Positions 58,878 to 64,000 of a DNA stretch of 64,000 nucleotides are shown piece by piece. Source of the DNA: Psilocybe cubensis. Its lineage: Eukaryota. Position 1 is the stretch's first letter. Each line of letters opens with the position of its first letter. The notes beneath the pieces are model-generated. The model did not search any database. It was not told the origin of the DNA and worked only from the letters and a program-made list of their open reading frames with translations. The position numbers were made by a program, and so were the translations under genes. The stretch spans positions 2,108,001 through 2,172,000 of the forward strand of contig CM039008.1 of the NCBI GenBank assembly GCA_017499595.2, written 5' to 3'.

Positions 58878-59543
58878 CACTGCGGGCGCCGACTGCTGTA
58901 GGTTAAACATACAGCAGTAAACTTACATGTCTTATGTAAGTTTAGGTGTATGTTCAACTTACAGCATATGTGTCGGGAAAACAAAAATTTAACAAAGACA
59001 TATTGTGTTTGGTGGCTGTATGCCAACCAAACACAATTGCTGTAAGTAGCCTGTAAATAGAATAAACACCTAAATTACACAAATTGTGTTTGTCCGGTGT
59101 TAGTAAACCATACACATTTTCTGTAAGTAATACAAACAGCACTTACTGTAAGTAAAAATTACACACAAAGAAAACAATTTGTGTATGTTATACTTACACA
59201 AGTTTTTCAATTCATTTAATGGTGCAAGTCTGACATACACAAATAGTGTTCTTTGTGTGTAAATTTTACTTACAGAAAGTGCTGTTTGTGTCATTTACAG
59301 AAAATGTGTATGTTTTACTAACACCGGACAAACACAATTTGTGTAATTTAGGTGTTTATTCTATTTACAGTCTACTTACAGCAATTGTGTTTGGTCGGCA
59401 TACAGCCACCAAACACAATATGTCTTTGTCGAGTGTTTGTTTTTCATACACGTGTGCTGTATGTTGAACTTACAGCGAAACTTACATAAGACATGTAAGT
59501 TTTCTGCTGTATGTTTAACTTACAGCGGTCGGCGCCCGCAGTG
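58878..59543. mobile_element. Foldback MITE family C (666 bp), CACTG...CAGTG ends, TSD GGA, CACTA/EnSpm-like
   Basis: Runs cactgcgggcgccgac...gtcggcgcccgcagtg, with GGA at 58875-58877 and 59544-59546. Imperfect inverted arms of ~310 bp with repeated acttacag/ctgtaagt motifs. No coding capacity. Confidence 0.95.
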
Positions 59544-60063
59544 GGAGAAAGTAAAGAAAAGGGTATTTTTAAACTCCTATCCGGCATCACCCGATGTTCC
59601 CACGAATCCATCAACATCAATTTTTCAATACAACCTGATCCTCGCCACTACAACGCATGTTCGATTCTTGAATTTGCAAGTTCTACGCCAATGTTTGAAC
59701 TCAATTCTACGGAAAAATGCCACCTCGACGTGATAAAGCAATTTCATCAATAGTGATCAACTCGTAGAACTCCAACAGACTTGGACAAAAGCAGCAAAGA
59801 GGCTGTTCAGCTCTTGCTCAGGAAAAGCCCTCGTGCGTACTAATTTTGGAACCGTTGACGATATACACGCCTCTACAATTCATGGACGAGGACACATGAT
59901 CCGAGCTTACTCCACTCTTTCTGCGAAGATCTATCATGGTATGGAAGACTGTCACGTATCTGCCGTCATTGGGAATGTCTTTGCCAGCGTGGGCCATTGA
60001 CTCTTTGGAACGCACTGGTCAACGGGAACCACTATATCGCTTTCCTCTACACTCAACTCTGAG

Positions 60064-61994
60064 ATGGTGTCTGGGTCAGCGATTGCAACTCTTGTGGTTT
60101 TCATTCTTTCCATTATCTGTGTAATTCACCCATTCTCTGCGGTTGTGCCTGTGCCATATCTACGACGTATACGCATCCATATCAATCTTACCACTGCACC
60201 CATTATCGCGATTCTGATCTTATGGGCGGCACAGTGTATAGGTCCTAATGAAGTAGGTCAACAAAGCGTACAGTGACCTCACAATCAACTGACAAGGGTC
60301 TGCCTTCAGATTAGAAACGGTATCGTGTAAGTCTGACTATCCTGGACCCAATGCCAAATCTAGACACTCCCTTGCAGTGGTACGGATGGAGTCAAACCAT
60401 ATAACATTCTCATCTTATTCTTTACTCTCGCGTATATGGCTATCACACTCGACATCACGGGTGTTTTGCAGGCCGCTGCTTTCTGGGTCAGCAATAAAGG
60501 AGGATCCAATGGATGGAAACTATTCCTGTACTTTTACATGATGTTGACGGCACTCAGTGTTTGTCTCGGCAATGACCCTGTTATTCTCTCTGGAACAGCC
60601 TTTCTGGTGTATTACACTAAGGTTAATGAGGTAAGTACCCGAAAAACAAAGCCTGTCTATAGGTTAGTACTAAATGTTTTCAGCTCAATCCAATCGCGTG
60701 GCTTATGTCTGAATTTGCCGCTGCAAATACTGCAAGTATGGTCTTATTTGTTGGAAATCCCACCAATGTCGTCGTTTGCGAGGGCTTTCGAATCAACAAC
60801 GCCGCGTTCACCGTTTACACCATTCTTCCGTTTCTGGCGTGTAGCATCACCTGCTTCGTTGCACTAGCTGCTCAGTTTCACAAGTCAAAGTATCTCCCGA
60901 AAGATCTTAATGTTGCAGGAGACCTAGATGTACGGTCAGTTTTACTCGATCCTAGGGGTGCATGGGTCGGCAGCATATTACTTGGGACTTGCTTGGTTGT
61001 TATCATTGTGGTGAGCTTTTTCCACGTCGACGTTTGGAAGATTAGCTTGCCCTTTGCTGTTGCCAAATTCATTTATGATATCGGGTGGGACCACTATCGC
61101 TTTCTCCACAAAATACCGACTGGTCATGATAAAGCCAAACGATCGGACGAAGATTTGGCCAATGTCGAGGAAGATATTGTTCTCGATCAACTGGGTCATC
61201 GCAGAGAAAATCCCTCTGGCAATGTACCCAAGCTATTGGCGGAAACGCCACGGGCCGTGACTTTTGAAGACACTGGAAATTTACCGTCCCTTATGCCTTC
61301 TTCGACACAAACCAGAAATAATACTCGCTCAAATACCATGAATACTACAAGAACAATAGTGGAAACGAAGCCAGGTCATCGAGAAGATTCACGTAAACAC
61401 ACCTTGTCGTTCCCTTTTCTAACTCGCCTTCGTCTTGTTCTCTTGTCTTATCAAAACGGAATGTCGGCACGCTTTCCCACATTGTATACGGCATTTCCTC
61501 GACTACCTTTCGCCCTCATTCCATTTGCTTTTTCACAGTTCATATTGATCGAGGGTCTGGCTCACCAAGGTTGGATAGATATATTCGCCCGATGGCTTGT
61601 AATTGCTACAGGACGCCAAATGTACCCCACAATATGGCTGGTAGGAGTCCTTGGTGTCATTCTCTGTAACTTAAGCGGAACAAACATTGGCGCCACTATT
61701 CTGCTCACAAAGGTTGTTCGATCGGCGCTAGTGTCCGCACCTCCAGATTCCGACGTCAACCTCGAAGCATTCAGTCGAGCAGCAGGCATCGCGCTTGCAG
61801 TGGCGTCCAACATCGGCGCTGTATCGTTTACTTTCAGCGCATCTCTGGCGGGATTGCTGTGGAAGCAGATCCTGAATCAAAAGGGAATCTTCATCAAGCA
61901 AACAACGTTTGCGTGGTGGAATTTGGCGCCGTTAGCGGTTATGACAGGCGTAGGACTTGCAGTGGTTTGTGCGGAGATGGCTGTTCTTTTCTAA
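60064..61994 (+). CDS. ArsB/NhaD/citrate-transporter-family (arsenite permease-like) membrane protein
   Basis: GVKPYNILILFFTLAYMAITLDITG, LGNDPVILSGT, AANTASMVLFVGNPTNVV, GTNIGATILL, LAVASNIGAVSFTFSASLAGLLW. Many transmembrane segments and a 17-nt microexon at 60310-60326. Confidence 0.88.
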
Positions 61995-63656
61995 AAGGGT
62001 GCCGTACAGACCATGATACGGAGATTGCTCTATCATATCCAAACAATGGGAGAAGTCGGACTGACCAGGGCACAGGGGCATTTGAAAGGAGAAATTGCTG
62101 TTCCTGGTGGGAAGCTGCCATTTAGCCGCCGTGTTCTGTCGCGCAAAGGAACTTATGAAAGCCAGCTATCTATGTATGTTGAATGGGTCACAAGTCGTGT
62201 CAGGGTGTGGCGCATACCCAACAGAGTTCAATGGTACGTTATTTATTATCCTATCGTTTTCAAAACGAAGGCCTATGGCGTAAATGGCGGAGACAACACA
62301 AGACTAAGCTACGTGTAATGCCTGCGAAAAGCAATAAAATCGCTTCCACGGAGTCATCATTACGTCGTTTCGTGGTAAAATGTAGTGCTGTACTTACGGT
62401 AATCATAGTGTTTAATTCCTTAGATTCAAGGTTAATGAAGAGTGGAGATGTTATATTTATTGGCCATTACCGTCCACTCTCGGGATAAATAGACAAACAA
62501 GTTGATTGGGTCAGTGAATTAAATTTCCGCTGGCAGAATCGTTCAACAGCGTTCGAACCTCTCATAGAATGGATGTTTAAATAGAGCTCCTTTCTTTCGA
62601 GAACTATCCTAAAGAGATGAAGATTTATAACGACTTACGAGTTGCGACTTTCGACTTTCGGAGTTGCGGTCGTCGAGGTTCAATGCGGCGGGGGCCGGGG
62701 GAGATAACAAGGGAGACGGATCAACAGACCAATAACCGTGTAAAATCTAAAAGCATTGAAGGAATTATTTGTAGAGTCAATAAAAGCATGGAGATACTTG
62801 AAAATACGAAAAGCGACTTTAAATCCTTCCAGCTCTGTATAGATACCAGAAACAATGTCATATTTCAGGTCGTTTGGGTCTTTGGGTCAACTGTTCCCGC
62901 GAGAGTAGTTTGTTTACTTTTCGTTGTGGATGGTTATCACGGTTTGATATCCAAAAACTTAAAAAAGATCTGGCCGTTCATCATTTACCTTCCAATTGTC
63001 TTTACGAACGTGTCCGAGATCAGTTGACCCTTGGCAAAGCTTGAATACCCGTTAGATCCATTTTGAATTTCTGTAGTTAAACAACTCCAACGCATTTTGA
63101 ATAACATTCGATCATGTCAACCTTTCAGCCTTGGTATCAATTACCGATGCAGAGTTGTGTTTTGATAGGTCGATTGGATATGCTCAAGGAATGCCAGGGT
63201 TCCGGTAAAACGCTTGGTCTGATAATTTTCAACCAAAGAAATATGCCTACCAATTTTTTACTCCGTGTCTGAGATTATCCAGGATTATACAGAGCTTTTG
63301 CTGGAAATTTTGAGTGTTACATGAGGTTTGAAATGATTGTCGATGGCGTCAAAATGGGCACTAATCGGTCAGAACTTTGGGGTATACTTTCCATCTGATT
63401 GTACGAGCTAACCACACACCTGCGTCAATCCAAGAACGCCAGTTTGGACCTGTTGGGACCCAAGCGCTCCAAGCCATTAAAATAGACTTTACATAGACGA
63501 AATAGAGCAAGTGATCTTGCATGTGAAATTTGAAGTGCATATGCGCAGTCGATAAGCGTATCACGCTATCATCACCGCTTTACTATGGTTGCATTGCCGA
63601 GCTCAACAGAACGTCGGCATCGAACGCCGCCCAACTCTGCTTACAGACTGGAGCGC

Positions 63657-64000
63657 TCAATCTATCGTTGCTGCCACGAAATCGTAGTATTTTGGGTAGG
63701 GTTCACGAGGACGAGAACTTAATTTGGGGTTAATTTTAGGAGGTTTGCGCCGGTTTTTCGTACTTGCTCCAAGGACTTTGTGATTCTTTCTGTATGTTGA
63801 ATAATGGCACATGCTTGTACTTACTTAGGGCTTGCCGCAAAGTCTAGAAGATCCCCGTGAGAGGTCTAAAGCACTGCCATTGATCAGATACTCAAAGATA
63901 AGGCGGATCATACCTTGAGCTGGTAGAGAGCGCTAATGTTGACGAGCAGCCAAGAAGATGCAGAGAGGTCCGCTACAAGCCTACAACGAGTTTGCAAGTG
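63657..64000 (-). CDS. Possible 3' end of a spliced gene entering from beyond the window
   Basis: Two canonical introns join ...LVNISALYQLK|TSHGDLLDFAASPK|KNHKVLG...YYDFVAATID* in frame. No homology recognised. Confidence 0.3.

Noticed and set aside
62600-63650. Coding-like minus-strand sequence with scattered stops
   Set aside because: Possibly a decayed gene, but no motif could be assigned.

Overview
Intron-rich fungal DNA, most likely an Agaricomycete basidiomycete. This is inferred from ~50-60 nt GT-AG introns with CTRAC/CTAAC branch sites, microexons and the gene families present. The first ~8.9 kb is a disordered mosaic: the 3' end of a WD40-like gene, several local tandem duplications, a frameshifted intron-retaining SOF1/DCAF13 fragment, an orphan P-loop exon, and the solo right arm of a CACTG...CAGTG foldback transposon. 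The rest holds three intact paralogous UDP-glycosyltransferase (GT1) genes plus at least two, probably three, eroded UGT relics not obvious in the ORF track. It also holds a head-to-head pair of F-box/LRR-like paralogs, a ~1,800-aa RING-H2 protein, a GGA-like VHS-GAT adaptor without an ear domain, an ICMT-family methyltransferase, a C2H2 zinc-finger gene, a PNPOx-like flavoprotein, an ABCC/YOR1-like transporter, a CE15 glucuronoyl esterase with CBM1, and an ArsB-type permease. Three distinct non-autonomous foldback element families with CAC...GTG ends are present, each complete copy with a 3-bp target duplication. Two are nested, and the outer one sits in a perfect 21-bp palindrome. All calls are by-eye reading; no searches were run and exon boundaries are manual.
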